This document shows, in pieces, positions 1 through 10,377 of a stretch of 64,000 nt of DNA. Location: the NCBI GenBank assembly GCA_963762175.1, contig CAVXJW010000005.1, forward strand, positions 438,123-502,122. The letters run 5' to 3'. The translations under genes and the position numbers were made by a program. Each line of letters opens with the position of its first letter. The first letter of the stretch is position 1. The notes below the pieces were generated by a model. That model was not told the origin of the DNA. It worked only from the letters and a program-made list of their open reading frames with translations, and searched no databases. Source of the stretch: an uncultured Acidimicrobiaceae bacterium. Its GTDB lineage: Bacteria > Actinomycetota > Acidimicrobiia > Acidimicrobiales > RAAP-2.

Positions 1-1
1 C

Positions 2-523
2 CACATCGCGTACGTTCCGCAGGATCCGCAGATGCTGCACCGCACCATCGCCGAGAACATCTGTTACGGCATGGACGACGGGAGTGGCATCGACATGGAC
101 CTGGTGCGCCGGGTCGGTCGGGCCGCCTACGTGGACGAGTTCGTGGAGCGCCTCCCCGACGGGTACGAGACCGTCGTGGGGGAGCGCGGCATGAAGCTCT
201 CCGGCGGTCAGCGCCAGCGGGTGGCCATTGCGCAGGCCATGGCCAAGCGCGCCCGGGTGCTCGTCTTGGACGAGGCCACCTCGGCGTTGGACTCCGAGTC
301 GGAGTCGCTGGTGCAAGAGGCGCTGTGGCATCTGATGGAAGGCACGACCGCGCTGGTGGTGGCGCACCGCTTGGCCACCATCGCCCGGCTCGACCGGATC
401 GTGGTCCTCGACCGCGGCCGGGTGGTCGAGCAGGGCACGCACGCCGAGTTGCTCTCGGCCGGTCGCGCCGGCGTCTACGGACGCCTCTGGGAGCACCAGT
501 CGGGAGGTTTCCTGGCGGCCTGA
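2..523 (+). CDS. ABC transporter ATP-binding domain, C-terminal part of an ABCB/MsbA-type exporter (5' end outside the window)
   Basis: Frame is open from the window edge ([13 protein letters not shown]...). ABC signature [14 protein letters not shown], Walker [14 protein letters not shown]-loop VVAHRL. Stop at 521-523. Confidence 0.9.
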   Translation, partial: HIAYVPQDPQMLHRTIAENICYGMDDGSGIDMDLVRRVGRAAYVDEFVERLPDGYETVVGERGMKLSGGQRQRVAIAQAMAKRARVLVLDEATSALDSESESLVQEALWHLMEGTTALVVAHRLATIARLDRIVVLDRGRVVEQGTHAELLSAGRAGVYGRLWEHQSGGFLAA

Positions 524-608
524 GGTCGGGTCCCGTCGTACGGGTGCGCGCGCGAGTGTGTCGCCGCGTGCGTCGCGAGTGCGCACGAGCGAGTGCGGCG
601 GGGCCCGG

Positions 609-2425
609 TCAGCCGGTCCGGACGACCGAGGCGACCGACGTCCGCAGAGGGAGGTGCACTCTGAAGGTCGTCGACCAGCCAGGGGTGTCGACGATGTCGA
701 CGAAGCCCTCGTGCGCCTCGGCGACGGACTTGGCGATGGCGAGCCCGAGACCTGTCCCGGGCACGCCCATCTCCGTCGACGAGGCCAGGCGGTAGAAGCG
801 CTCGAAGAGCTGGTCCCGCTCGCCCTCGGGGATCCCGGGCCCTTCGTCGAGCACCTGGACCCTGGCGTAGGAGTCCACGCTGTCGACGATGACGTGCACG
901 CGGCCGCCGCGGAACGAGAACTTGATGGCGTTCGAGAGGAGGTTGCCCAGGAGCTGATGCAGGCGGGTCGGGTCGCCGAAGATCGGCTCCTCGTGGCCGG
1001 CGTCGATCGTCAGCGTGATGCCGGCCACCGTGGCCGACGTCTGGATCGCGTGCACGGCGTCCTCGGCGAGGCGGCTGAGGTCCAGCTCGGTGAAGGCCAC
1101 CCGCAGACCCCGTCCGGCGCCCGGGTCGGCCAGGAGGTCCTCGGCCACACGCTGGAGATGCTCTGCGTTGCGCTCGATCGTCTCGAGCATCCGGACCTGG
1201 CTCTCGGTGAGATCCGACGTGGCGTCGAGGAGGAGCTCGACGAAACCCCGGATCGATGTGATCGGCGTCCGCAGCTCGTGCGACACCGTCGCCACGACGT
1301 CGTCCTTCATCTGCGTCAGCTCACGCAGCCGGTTGTTCTGCTCGATCAGCGACTGCGTCACCTCTTTCTGAATGGCGTAGAGGCGCTCCCGGTCGGCCGC
1401 CAGCTCCTCTCGCTCGGTCACGTCGATCGCCACGACGACGTAGCCGCCGTTGGCCGCCGCGAGGCCGTCGTCCTGGGGCATCCAGACGTTCGATGCGGCG
1501 TCGCCCTCCTGCTCGACCGGGTCTCGCGTCCTCGCCCCAGTCCTTGTCGAGCGCCGGGTCAGGCCTCGGGACGGGCAACGCCCGCACCCGCACCACGCAG
1601 CGCCGCAGCTGCCCGTCCTTGCGGGTGGCGGTCCAGGGGACCTCGGCGGCCGTTTCGGCGTCGACGGGTTCGAGCGCGGTCCGCATGGCGTCGATGGTCT
1701 GGCGCCGTTCGTCGATCTGCGCGGGGTCGATGAAGTCGGCGATGGAGTGGATCCCCACCACCTCTGCCGCCCGGTAGCCGAGCATCTGCTCCGCACCGGC
1801 GGAGAAGAAGGTGACGGTCCCGGCCGGGTCGACGCCCATGATGGCGCTGCCGGTGGCGGCGCGCAGCAGCGTCTCGAGACGGTCGCGGGCGTAGTCGGCC
1901 TCGCGGGCGTTCCGGCGGGCCATGCGGGACTGCCGGGCCAGGTCGGCCAGGAAGGCCCGGTCGCGCGAGACCATGGCGAACACGGTCGACACCACGACGG
2001 TCGTCACGGTCGCCATGACGACGACCTGGCGCCACTCGAGCGTCGGGTACTTCGGCGGCCCGACGATCGAGGAACGGCATGAGGAGCGCCAGGTCCATAC
2101 AGAACAGACCGATCAGCAGGTGCAGCCGGCGCCCGTAGAGCGACAGCCAGACGATCGGCAGGAGATAGACGACGACCAGCCCGGAATTGGAGCCGCCCTG
2201 GGCGTCGCGGATGATGGCGATGACCGCGATGTAGCCGATGGGGATGATGAGCCAGGCCCACTCGGGGAGGCGTTCCCAGGGCAGCAGGAAGGCGGCCGCG
2301 ACGAGCGCGAAGAAGATGACGCCGGCGATGGAGATCTCGCGGCGGGCGTCGTGGGGGAACGGGATGACGGCGATGAGGATCGTGCCGACGACGACCAGGG
2401 CGAAGACGGGGAGACGGACCCGCAT
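609..2425 (-). CDS. PAS-domain sensor histidine kinase with N-terminal multi-TM domain; frame broken at about 2062 and about 1528
   Basis: Three minus-strand ORF pieces (from 2425, 2016 and 1796) join into one protein. It has a TM region (MRVRLPVFALVVVG...), a PAS domain (VDPAGTVTFFSAGAEQMLGY), the H-box SHELRTPITSIRGF, and ATPase boxes LLSNAIKF, DEGPGIP and GTGLGLAI. Confidence 0.85.
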
Positions 2426-2518
2426 GGAACCCGAGAAGCCGAAGGGCAGGGCGCCGAGCCCCGGGACGATGTGGATCGCGGCGCCCGTCCGCGCCGGGTG
2501 CGGTCTTGGCCGACTCGG

Positions 2519-3216
2519 TCACCGGTTCCGCGAGCGGTAGCGGTAGCCGAAGCCTCGGACGGTCTCGATCGGCCCTTCGTCGCCCTCGTCCCAGCCGAGC
2601 TTGCGACGGAGCCGCAGCACTGCGTACTTGACCCGGGACGGGGCCAGCCCGCTCGGGTCGTCCCAGGCCAGCTCGATGAGCTGGTCGGACGACAGGACCT
2701 GGCCCTGGTGGCGGGCCAGCGTGGCCAGGAGGCGGTACTCGGTCGGGGTCAAGATGATCGTTGCCCGTCGACCGTGACTTCCTGGTGGGCGAAGTCGACG
2801 TGCAGGGTGCCGTCGTCGAAGGTGGTGACGGGCTCGCCCTTGGAGACCTGGCGCCGGCTGACCGCCTGCAGCCGGGCGAGCAGCTCGACCCGGCTGAACG
2901 GCTTGGTCAGGTAGTCGTCAGCGCCGGAATTGAGTCCCCGCACCTTGTCTCTTTCGGTCCCGAGCGCCGTGAGCATGAGGACGGGCACGTCGCTCATGTC
3001 CCGGATCCGCTCGAGGACCTGCCATCCGTCCAGGTCGGGGAGGCCGACGTCGAGGATGACGATGTCGGGGTGGCTCTGGTGGAACTGGCGGACGCCGTCA
3101 CGGCCCTCGACGGCCTCTGAGACCGTGAAGCCTTCTCGTTCGAGCAGGGTCCGCAGGAGTTGACGAATGTCCGCCTCATCCTCAATGACCAGCACTGAGA
3201 TATGACCATCTCGCAT
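2519..3216 (-). CDS. OmpR/PhoB-family response regulator; one -1 shift at about 2752 between the receiver and winged-helix domains
   Basis: Receiver domain: VLVIEDEADI...ILDVGLPDLDG...LTALG...DDYLTKPF. The C-terminal piece in another frame reads LTPTEYRLLATL...VRGFGYRY. Lies adjacent to the kinase on the same strand. Confidence 0.88.
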
Positions 3217-3576
3217 CAGGGAGCAACTGTACTGGGCAAATGGACAATCTGAGTGGTTAAGGGTGACTCGGGCCCCCTTGGAAACTGCCTGTTCAGCGAG
3301 GGTATTACGCGTTCCGTTGCCAATCCGTTGACAAAGGGGACCGGAACGGCAGGCCGCGGCTGCAGGCGTGGTTCTGAGACCGAACGAGCACGTCAGATTC
3401 CGTGCGGATTGCTTCGAAGGCTCCAGCCCGGATGCTCGGCGATCAGAGGTTCAGGTCAGCGACGGTCAGACGCACTCAAGGGAGCGAAAGGTGCGCCGGC
3501 CCAGGTCGTCGGCTCCCCCGGAGAATCTCCGACCGACGGCCTCACGAGGCCGGCGCACCTCTTCGCTGCTCCTTGT

Positions 3577-3666
3577 CCCCCCACGGTGTTCCCCCTTGTG
3601 AGAGCCCGTTCCCCTCCAACGGACTCCCACTCGGTCGCCCCCCTCAGAACGACCTTCACCGTGAGG
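3577..3666 (+). ncRNA. candidate 6C-like small RNA (adjacent hairpins with C-rich loops)
   Basis: Hairpin 3603-3625 is AGCCCGTT[CCCCTCC]AACGGACT. Hairpin 3633-3654 is GGTCG[CCCCCCTCAGAA]CGACC. Both are enclosed by CACGGTG (3582-3588) pairing with CACCGTG (3657-3663). Further C-runs at 3577-3582 and 3591-3595. Lies in a 930-bp stretch with no credible ORF. No covariance-model search was possible. Confidence 0.35.
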
Positions 3667-3895
3667 ATGCTGTACTGATGTTGCGTACTTTGCACAGGGG
3701 CTGTCGCAACCGAGGGCAGTTTGGGTTGCAGTCCGGTTGCCCACCCCGAGCGACCCGCCATTCGAAGCGAATTGGGGCCGTTACACCCGCCGGGAGGCGA
3801 CTCTCGGACGTGGGTGGCGTCATGCCCCGGACGCGAGTGCCGTCGCGCCGACCCGGACCGGGGCGCCGCCGACACGTGCCCGAGCTCCGGGCTGC

Positions 3896-3929
3896 CCCGC
3901 CAGCTCCGTCCGTTCCCGCCAGCTCCGTC
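3896..3929. repeat. direct repeat CCCGCCAGCTCCGTC x2 separated by CGTT
   Basis: Exact 15-nt copies at 3896-3910 and 3915-3929, about 220 nt upstream of yajC. Function unknown. Confidence 0.9.
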
Positions 3930-3954
3930 GGGGCTCCAGGCTGCACCCCGCCGG

Positions 3955-3978
3955 CACCGTTCGGTACCGTTCGGCACC
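3955..3978. repeat. tandem 10-nt direct repeat (C/T)ACCGTTCGG x2 plus a partial third copy
   Basis: Read directly as CACCGTTCGG TACCGTTCGG CACC, about 170 nt upstream of yajC. Could be a direct-repeat regulator site; this is speculative. Confidence 0.85.
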
Positions 3979-4146
3979 TGCCAGCTCTGGCCCGGCGCCG
4001 GCCGATGTGAACAGGTCGCGAACGGGATGCCAGGCCAGGGCACAGGCGTGCCTGACCCCTGGGACGGGGCCCTCCACTGCCCAGGAGACCGGGAAGCAAG
4101 GCACTAGGGTGGCGCGTCGCAACCGATTCCGGTCCAAGGATCCCTC

Positions 4147-4705
4147 ATGACACCAACCCCGGCGGTGGCCCACCTCGTGCTGGCCGCAGCTTCCAAGTCG
4201 AGTTCCAGCGGTTTGCTGACCCTGTTGCCCCTGGTGGCGATCGGGCTTCTCGGCTACTTCTTCTTCATCCGGCCCCAGCAGCGCAAGGCCCAGGCCGCTC
4301 GGCAGTCCCAAGGCTCGGGCTACGAGGTCGGCGACGAGGTGCAGACGGTCGGCGGCGTCATCGGCACCGTCCTCGAGGTGCACGGCGACCGCTACACACT
4401 GCTCGACCGGCGCGCTCGGCGACGACGGCAACCTCGACGGCCCCCAGCCGACCCGCATCGTCTTCGTCCGTCAGGCCATCGCAAAGAAGATCGACCCCAT
4501 CGACGACGTGCGGGTCGAGGACGAGCCGGTGCAGGACATCAAGCCGCGCACGAACGGCGCCGGCGGCGCCAGCAGCGCCAGCAGCGCCAGCGGGACGAAC
4601 GGCACGGGCCGCGCCGCGGACACCCACGACGGGGACATCGACGATGTAGGTGGGGACGGTGCCGCCAGCGGCGGTGACCTCGGTGGGGAGGCCGAAGAGG
4701 CGTGA
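4147..4705 (+). CDS. yajC: preprotein translocase subunit YajC with an acidic/Gly-rich tail; +1 shift at about 4407
   Basis: LLPLVAIGLLGYFFFIRPQQRKAQ...GDEVQTVGGVIGTV matches YajC. It continues in the next frame (TGALGDDGNLDGPQPTRIVFVRQAIAKKI). The stop overlaps the secD GTG (GTGA). Confidence 0.85.
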
Positions 4706-6359
4706 GCCCGAAGTCGGGGGGTCGGGCCCAGCGGCGACTGCGACGCAACCTCTGGATCAGCGTGCTCGTCGTCGTCGGCGATCTGCGTCGGTTCGTTTGC
4801 GGCCGTCGTTCGGGGCGAACTGGTCGCCGCGCCTGGGCTTGGACCTGGCCGGCGGGGTGTCGGTCGTCTACACCGCCGAGGGGAACAACGTGTCCCAGGC
4901 CGACCTCGACGAGACCGTCAACATCTTGAACCTGCGCGTCAACGGACTCGGCGTCTCCGGCGCAGAGGTCCAGACGTCGGGCAAGAACCAGATCTCGGTG
5001 TCCATCCCCGGGGTGACCGACGCGCAGCAGGTGCTCAACCAGATCGGGCAGACGGCGCGCATGTACTTCCGCCCCGTGCTCTGCTTCGGGTACCCCCAGG
5101 CCGTGCCCAAGAACGAGAAGGGGAAGGTCCTTCCGCCCGGCGTCGAGACGATCCCCGCCTGTGCATCGTCCTCGGAGATGACCGCGGCCAACCTCAACAT
5201 CAACACCGCGCACCGGGACGGCCACCAACAACCCGCCCCCGGATCCGCAGTACGCGGCGCTCGCCTCGACCAGCGTCGAGAAGCCGGGCTACGCAACGAG
5301 CACCGTGCTGCTGCCCGGGCTTGCCGGCGCCTGCGGACAGCAGGGGCTGCGCTGCGTGCTCGGCCCGGCGCAGATGACCGGCCGCTCCATCGCGAGCGCG
5401 CAGGCCACGCAGAACCAGACCGGCGCATGGGTCGTCGACTACTCGCTGACGGGGCCTGGCTCGACGGTGTGGGACACGGTCGCCAACGAACAACTTCCAC
5501 CAGCTGCTCGGCATCGAGCTGGACGGGCAGGTGTACTCGGCGCCCATCATCCAGCCGACCCAGGCGACGTTCTCGTCGTTCGACGGGAAGGGCGAGATCT
5601 CGGGGGAACCTGACCCAGGCGGACGCGCAGAACCTCGCGCAGGCCATGAACTTCGGCGCGCTGCCGGTGGTGTTGAAGGCGGCGACGTCGGAGACGGTGT
5701 CGGCCACGCTGGGGCACTCCGCGCTCGTGGCGGGTCTCGGCGCCGGCATCGCCGGTCTCGTCCTCGTGCTCCTCTACGTCCTGCTGTACTACCGCGGCCT
5801 CGGCCTGGTCGTGATCTCGGGTCTCGTGCTCACGGCCATGGCGCTGTGGGCGATCATCTCGGCGCTCGGGCACACGTCGGTCGCGCCGAGCTTCGACCTC
5901 GCCGGCATCACCGGTCTGATCGTGTCCATCGGCATCACCGTGGACTCGTACATCGTCTATTTCGAACGACTGAAAGACGAGACCAGATCGGGCCGCTCCG
6001 TCCGCACGTCGGTCGACCGCGGCTTCAAGAGCGCCTGGCGCACGGTGTGGGCCGCTGACTTCGTGTCGCTGCTGGCGGCGATCGTGCTGTATCTCGTCGC
6101 GGTGGGCAACGTGAAGGGCTTCGCCTTCTTCCTCGGGCTCTCGACCATCATGGACATGGCGATCACGTGGTTCTACACGCGGCCGCTCGTGATCCTGCTC
6201 GGCCAGAGCGAGCGGCTGCAGGGCAGCGGTGCGCTTCAGCATCGCCACCGGACTCGGGGCCGGGCCGCAGTCGTCGGGCGGCGCCGCTGCCGGCGCCGGC
6301 GTCGGTGCGGGCGCCACGTGCCGGTGGGTGCAGGGGCCGGCGGCGGGGGTGGCTCGTGA
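4702..6359 (+). CDS. secD: protein translocase subunit SecD; at least 7 frame switches (about 4780, 4815, 5220, 5490, 5605 and two near 6230-6340)
   Basis: Pieces in all three frames join: LGLDLAGGVSVVY..., LPGLAGACGQQGLRCVLGPAQMTG...WVVDYSLTG, FHQLLGIELDGQVYSAPIIQP, NLTQADAQNLAQAMNFGALPV, then the C-terminal TM bundle (GITGLIVSIGITVDSYIVYFERLKDE). Confidence 0.85.
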
Positions 6360-8000
6360 GCGACCGGCGCGACGGGAGCGGGAACGGGAAGGGCCCCAGG
6401 GACGAGGACGGCTCCTCTCTGGACGACGTCCCCGAGGAGGACGTCGAGCGACTCGAGGAGGACGTCGACACGGACAGCCTCGACGAGGAGGAGCTCGTCA
6501 GCCTCGATGACGCCGCCCGCGCCCTCCTGGCCCAGCCGCGGCGGGGTCACGGCCCGATCGCCCGGCTGTACCGAGGCGAGACCCGCTTCGACTTCGTCGG
6601 CAAGCGCAAGATCTGGTTCACCATCTCGACGTTGATCATCGTGCTCGGGATCGTCTCGATCATCGTGCGGGGCGGGCTCAACCTCGGGATCGAGTTCAAG
6701 GGCGGGACCGAGTGGACGATCGCCGCGCCGGGCGTCACCCAGACCCAGGCGACCGATGCGCTGAGCAACACCGGGCTGATCAACCCGACGGTGGAGCTGC
6801 TCGGGAGCGGGAACAAGCAGACCCTCAACGTCCAGTCGGACCTGAACCACCTGTCGGCCAGCCAGCAGCAGACGGTCGACAACAACGTCAAGAAGGCGAT
6901 GCTGGAGGTGACCGCGGCGCACGCGCCGGCCTCCTCATCAACGTCGAGCACGTCGAGTACGTCGAGCACCACCACGTCGACGACGGCGGCGCCGACGACC
7001 ACGACGTCGGCCCAGGCGGGGGCGGCCGCGGCGACCTCCACCACCACGTCGACCACGACGGCGCTGAACGCCACCACGCCGGAGGACAAGATCAGCGTCA
7101 CGACGGTCGGACCGACCTGGGGCTCCTCCATCACGAACAAGGCGATCGAGGCGTTGATCATCTTCTTCATCGTCGTGGCGATCTACATCAGCATCCGCTT
7201 CGAGCCCAAGATGGCGCTGGCCGCCTTCATCGCCATGATCCACGACGTGCTGGTGGCGATCGGCATCTACTCGATCTTCAACTTCCAGGTGACACCGGAC
7301 ACCGTGGTGGCCATCCTGACCATCCTCGGCTACTCGCTCTACGACACGGTCGTGGTCTTCGACCGCGTGCGCGACAACACGAAGGGCATCGGCAGCAGCG
7401 GGCGCCTGACCTACCCGCAGCTGATCAACCTGTCGATGAACCAGACCCTGGCCCGCTCGATCAACACGTCGATGGTGGCGATCCTGCCGGTGCTCGCGGT
7501 GCTGCTCATCGGCGCCCAGTTCCTCGGCGCCACGACGTTGCAGTCCTACGGACTCGCCCTCTTCGTCGGCCTGCTCTCGGGGGCCTACTCGTCGATCTTC
7601 ATCGCCTCGCCGGTCCTCTGCATGATGAAGGAGCGCGAGGACCGCTGGGTGCAGATCGCCAACCGGCTGGCCAAGCGGGGTGACGCCGGCGAGCTTCTAC
7701 TCGGCCGCCGACGCCGCCTCCATGAGCACGGCGATGAGCGTGGCCGCCTCCGGCCAGGTCAATCGGGGCGGGACATCGGGTGCTGCCGCCAAGAAGTCCG
7801 GCAGCACCAAGCGCAGCGGCCCCATCCGCCCGGGCTCGGGCAGCAGCGCCAGTGGCGGCACTGCGGTGCTGGACCGCGAGCCGGGCGGCTCGACGGGGTC
7901 GGGTTCGGCTGCCACCGATGCGGCGAGCGGATCGGGCAACGGGGCTCCGGCCGGCGGCGGGCCCAAGCCTCGCAAGGCCAAGGGCAAACGCAAGCGCTGA
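6356..8000 (+). CDS. secF: protein translocase subunit SecF with an acidic N-terminal extension, a Ser/Thr-rich insert and a basic tail; +1 shift at about 7685
   Basis: GTG at 6356 overlaps the secD stop. FDFVGKRKIWFTISTLIIVLG, GIEFKGGTEW, VGPTWGSSITNKAIEALIIFF, ILGYSLYDTVVVFDRVRDN. Confidence 0.88.
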
Positions 8001-8081
8001 GCCCGACCGGACGGCGTGCCTGTACGACGCCGCTACGGGTATCCGCGTTTCTGCATTTCCCCTGGCGGGTAGCCTGTATGG

Positions 8082-10353
8082 ATGGTGGCCCTGACCCGGG
8101 TGACTCCATCCGACACAGACACCGAGACGAACGCTCGAGACCTCGAGCGGGGGCAGGCAGACGAACTGCTGCTCCGCGACCTGTTGGCCCCGCTGCTGGC
8201 CGAGTTCGCCCGCCACCGTCCTGACGACGACACGCTCCATGATCGTGGCGGCCGGCCAGACCGCCGCCGCTGCCCACGAGGGCCAGTTCCGGCGCTCGGG
8301 CGAGCCCTACATCACGCACCCGGTGGCCGTGGCGACGATCGTGGCCGAGCTGGGCCTCGACGAGCAGACCGTGGCCGCCGCCCTGCTCCACGACGCCGTG
8401 GAGGACACCGGGCTGACGCTCGAGACCATTGCGGAGACCTTCGGCGAGGGGGTGGCCCGGGTCGTCGACGGGGTGACCAAGCTGGACCGGCTGCAGTTCA
8501 ACTCCAAGGAGGCGCAGCAGGCGGCGACCATCCGCAAGATGCTCGTCGCCATGGCGGACGACTGGCGCGTCCTGCTGATCAAGCTCGCCGACCGGCTGCA
8601 CAACATGCGCACGCTGGCCGTGATGCCCGAGTGGAAGCAGCGGCGCACGGCCCAGGAGACCTTCGACGTCTACGCGCCGCTGGCGCACCGCCTCGGCGTC
8701 CAGCAGGTCCGCTGGCAGCTCGAGGACCTCGCCTTCGCCACGCTGCACCCGAAGCGCTACGCCGAGATCGAGCAGATGGTGGCGGCCCGGGCGCCGCAGC
8801 GCGAGGAGTATCTCGAGCGGGTGCTCGTCCACGTGCGCCAGCGGCTGAACGAGATGGGCGTGGCGGCGGACGTCACGGGACGGCCGAAGCACCTGTGGTC
8901 CATCTACGAGAAGATGGTCGTCCGGGGCAAGGAGTTCGACGACATCAACGACCTGGTCGCCATCCGGGTCGTGGTCGAGTCCGAGAAGGACTGCTGGGCC
9001 GCCCTGGGCGCCATCCACGCCATCTGGGCCCCGGTGCACGGGCGCTTCAAGGACTACATCAACACGCCCAAGTTCAACATGTACCAGTCGCTGCACACGA
9101 CGGTGATCGGGCTGGACGGCAAGCCGGTCGAGGTGCAGATCCGGACCTCGGAGATGCACCACCGCGCCGAGTACGGCATCGCGGCGCACTGGGGCTACAA
9201 GTCCAAGGAGGACCACTCCTCGGAGATGGCGTGGCTCCAGCGCATCGCCGACGTCGACCGGCAGACCGACGACCCGATCGAGTTCCTCGAGGCGCTGAAG
9301 CTCGACCTGGAGCAGGACGAGGTCTACGTCTTCACGCCCAAGGGCAAGGTCATCGCGCTGCCGGCCCGCTCGACCCCGGTCGACTTCGCCTACGCCATCC
9401 ACACCGAGGTCGGCCACCGCTGCATCGGGGCGCGGGTCAACGGCCGGCTGGTGCCGCTCGAGACGCAGCTGAGCAGCGCCGACACCGTCGAGATCTTCAC
9501 GTCGAAGTCGCCGACCGCCGGGCCGTCGCGGGACTGGCTCCAGATCGTCGCCTCGACGCGGGCCCGCAACAAGATCCGCCAGTGGTTCTCCCGCGAGCGT
9601 CGCGAGGACGCCATCGAGAACGGGCGCGAGGACCTGGCCCGGGCGCTGCGGCGCGACGGCCTGCCGCTGCACAAGCTGCTGGGCTCGAGCGCCCTGCAGC
9701 AGGTGGCCGACTCCATGAACCTGGCCGACCTCGACGCGCTCTACGCCTCCATCGGCGAGAACCAGGTGTCGGCCCAGTCCATCGTCCAGCGCCTGACCAA
9801 GGCGCTGCGGGGCGGCGGCGAGGCCGGACGAGCAGCTGCCGACGATCGCCCTGCCGGGCACCACCGCGGCCGCGGCAGGGAGCGCCGCACCGGCACCGGC
9901 GTCTACGTCGAGGGGCTCGACGACGTCATGATCCACCTGGCCCGCTGCTGCACGCCGGTGCCGGGCGACCAGATCGTGGGCTTCGTGACCCAGGGCCGGG
10001 GCGTCTCGGTGCACCGGGCCGACTGCGCCAACGCGGCGGCGCTGGCCGACCGCTCCCGCGAGCGCCTCATGGAGGTCGAGTGGGACCGGGGCAACGACGG
10101 GGTCTTCGTGGCCACGATCGAGGTGCAGGCCTTCGACCGGTCCCGGCTGCTGGCCGACGTGTCCCGGGTGGTGTCCGAGCACCACCTCAACATCGTCGCC
10201 GCCCGGACCGCCACCACGCCGGACCGGGTCAGCCGGATGGCCTTCGACGTCGAGCTGGCCGACCCGACACACCTGCACTCACTGATCAGCGCGTTGAAGC
10301 ATCTCGACGGGGTCTTCGACGCGTATCGTCAGCTGCCTGGCAAGAAAGCCTGA
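8082..10353 (+). CDS. relA: bifunctional (p)ppGpp synthetase/hydrolase RelA/SpoT family; +1 shift at about 8235, and a possible compensated pair near 9830-9900
   Basis: HD domain (HEGQFRRSGEPYITHPVAVA...LLHDAVEDT), synthetase domain (GRPKHLWSIYEKM...DLVAIRV), TGS domain (VYVFTPKGKVIALP), ACT domain at the C-terminus. Start codon uncertain. Confidence 0.9.
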
Positions 10354-10377
10354 CCCCCGACCCGTGAGGAGCCTTCT

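Noticed and set aside
3890-3935. tmRNA 3' end, because CCCGCCAGCTCC resembles the acceptor arm of tmRNA.
   Set aside because: No T-loop (GGTTCGA-type), no CCA-proximal acceptor pairing, no tag ORF or 5' partner. It is a simple 15-nt direct repeat.
3217-4146. RNase P RNA, SRP RNA or a known riboswitch in the large gap.
   Set aside because: I could not find the universal RNase P P4 sequences (GGAAAGTCC / ACAGAA-type) or the SRP GGAA/AGCA domain IV motif. I also found no TPP or cobalamin core motifs. All were checked on both strands. This was only a visual scan.
6167-8224. 685-aa ORF as the SecF gene model, including its upstream and downstream extensions.
   Set aside because: The first ~63 codons overlap the secD end out of frame. 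After about 7685 the frame becomes Arg-rich nonsense, while the true C-terminus continues in the frame that ends at 8000.
7759-10278. 839-aa ORF on the minus strand. Similar giants occur at 10279-12126, 11516-13375, 31839-33377, 58227-59666 and the upstream part of 59431-62268.
   Set aside because: They run antisense to strongly supported genes (relA, hisS, aspS, ppk1, trpB, trpA). They are Arg/Gly/Pro/Ala-rich with no motifs. Such stop-free antisense frames are expected at this GC content.
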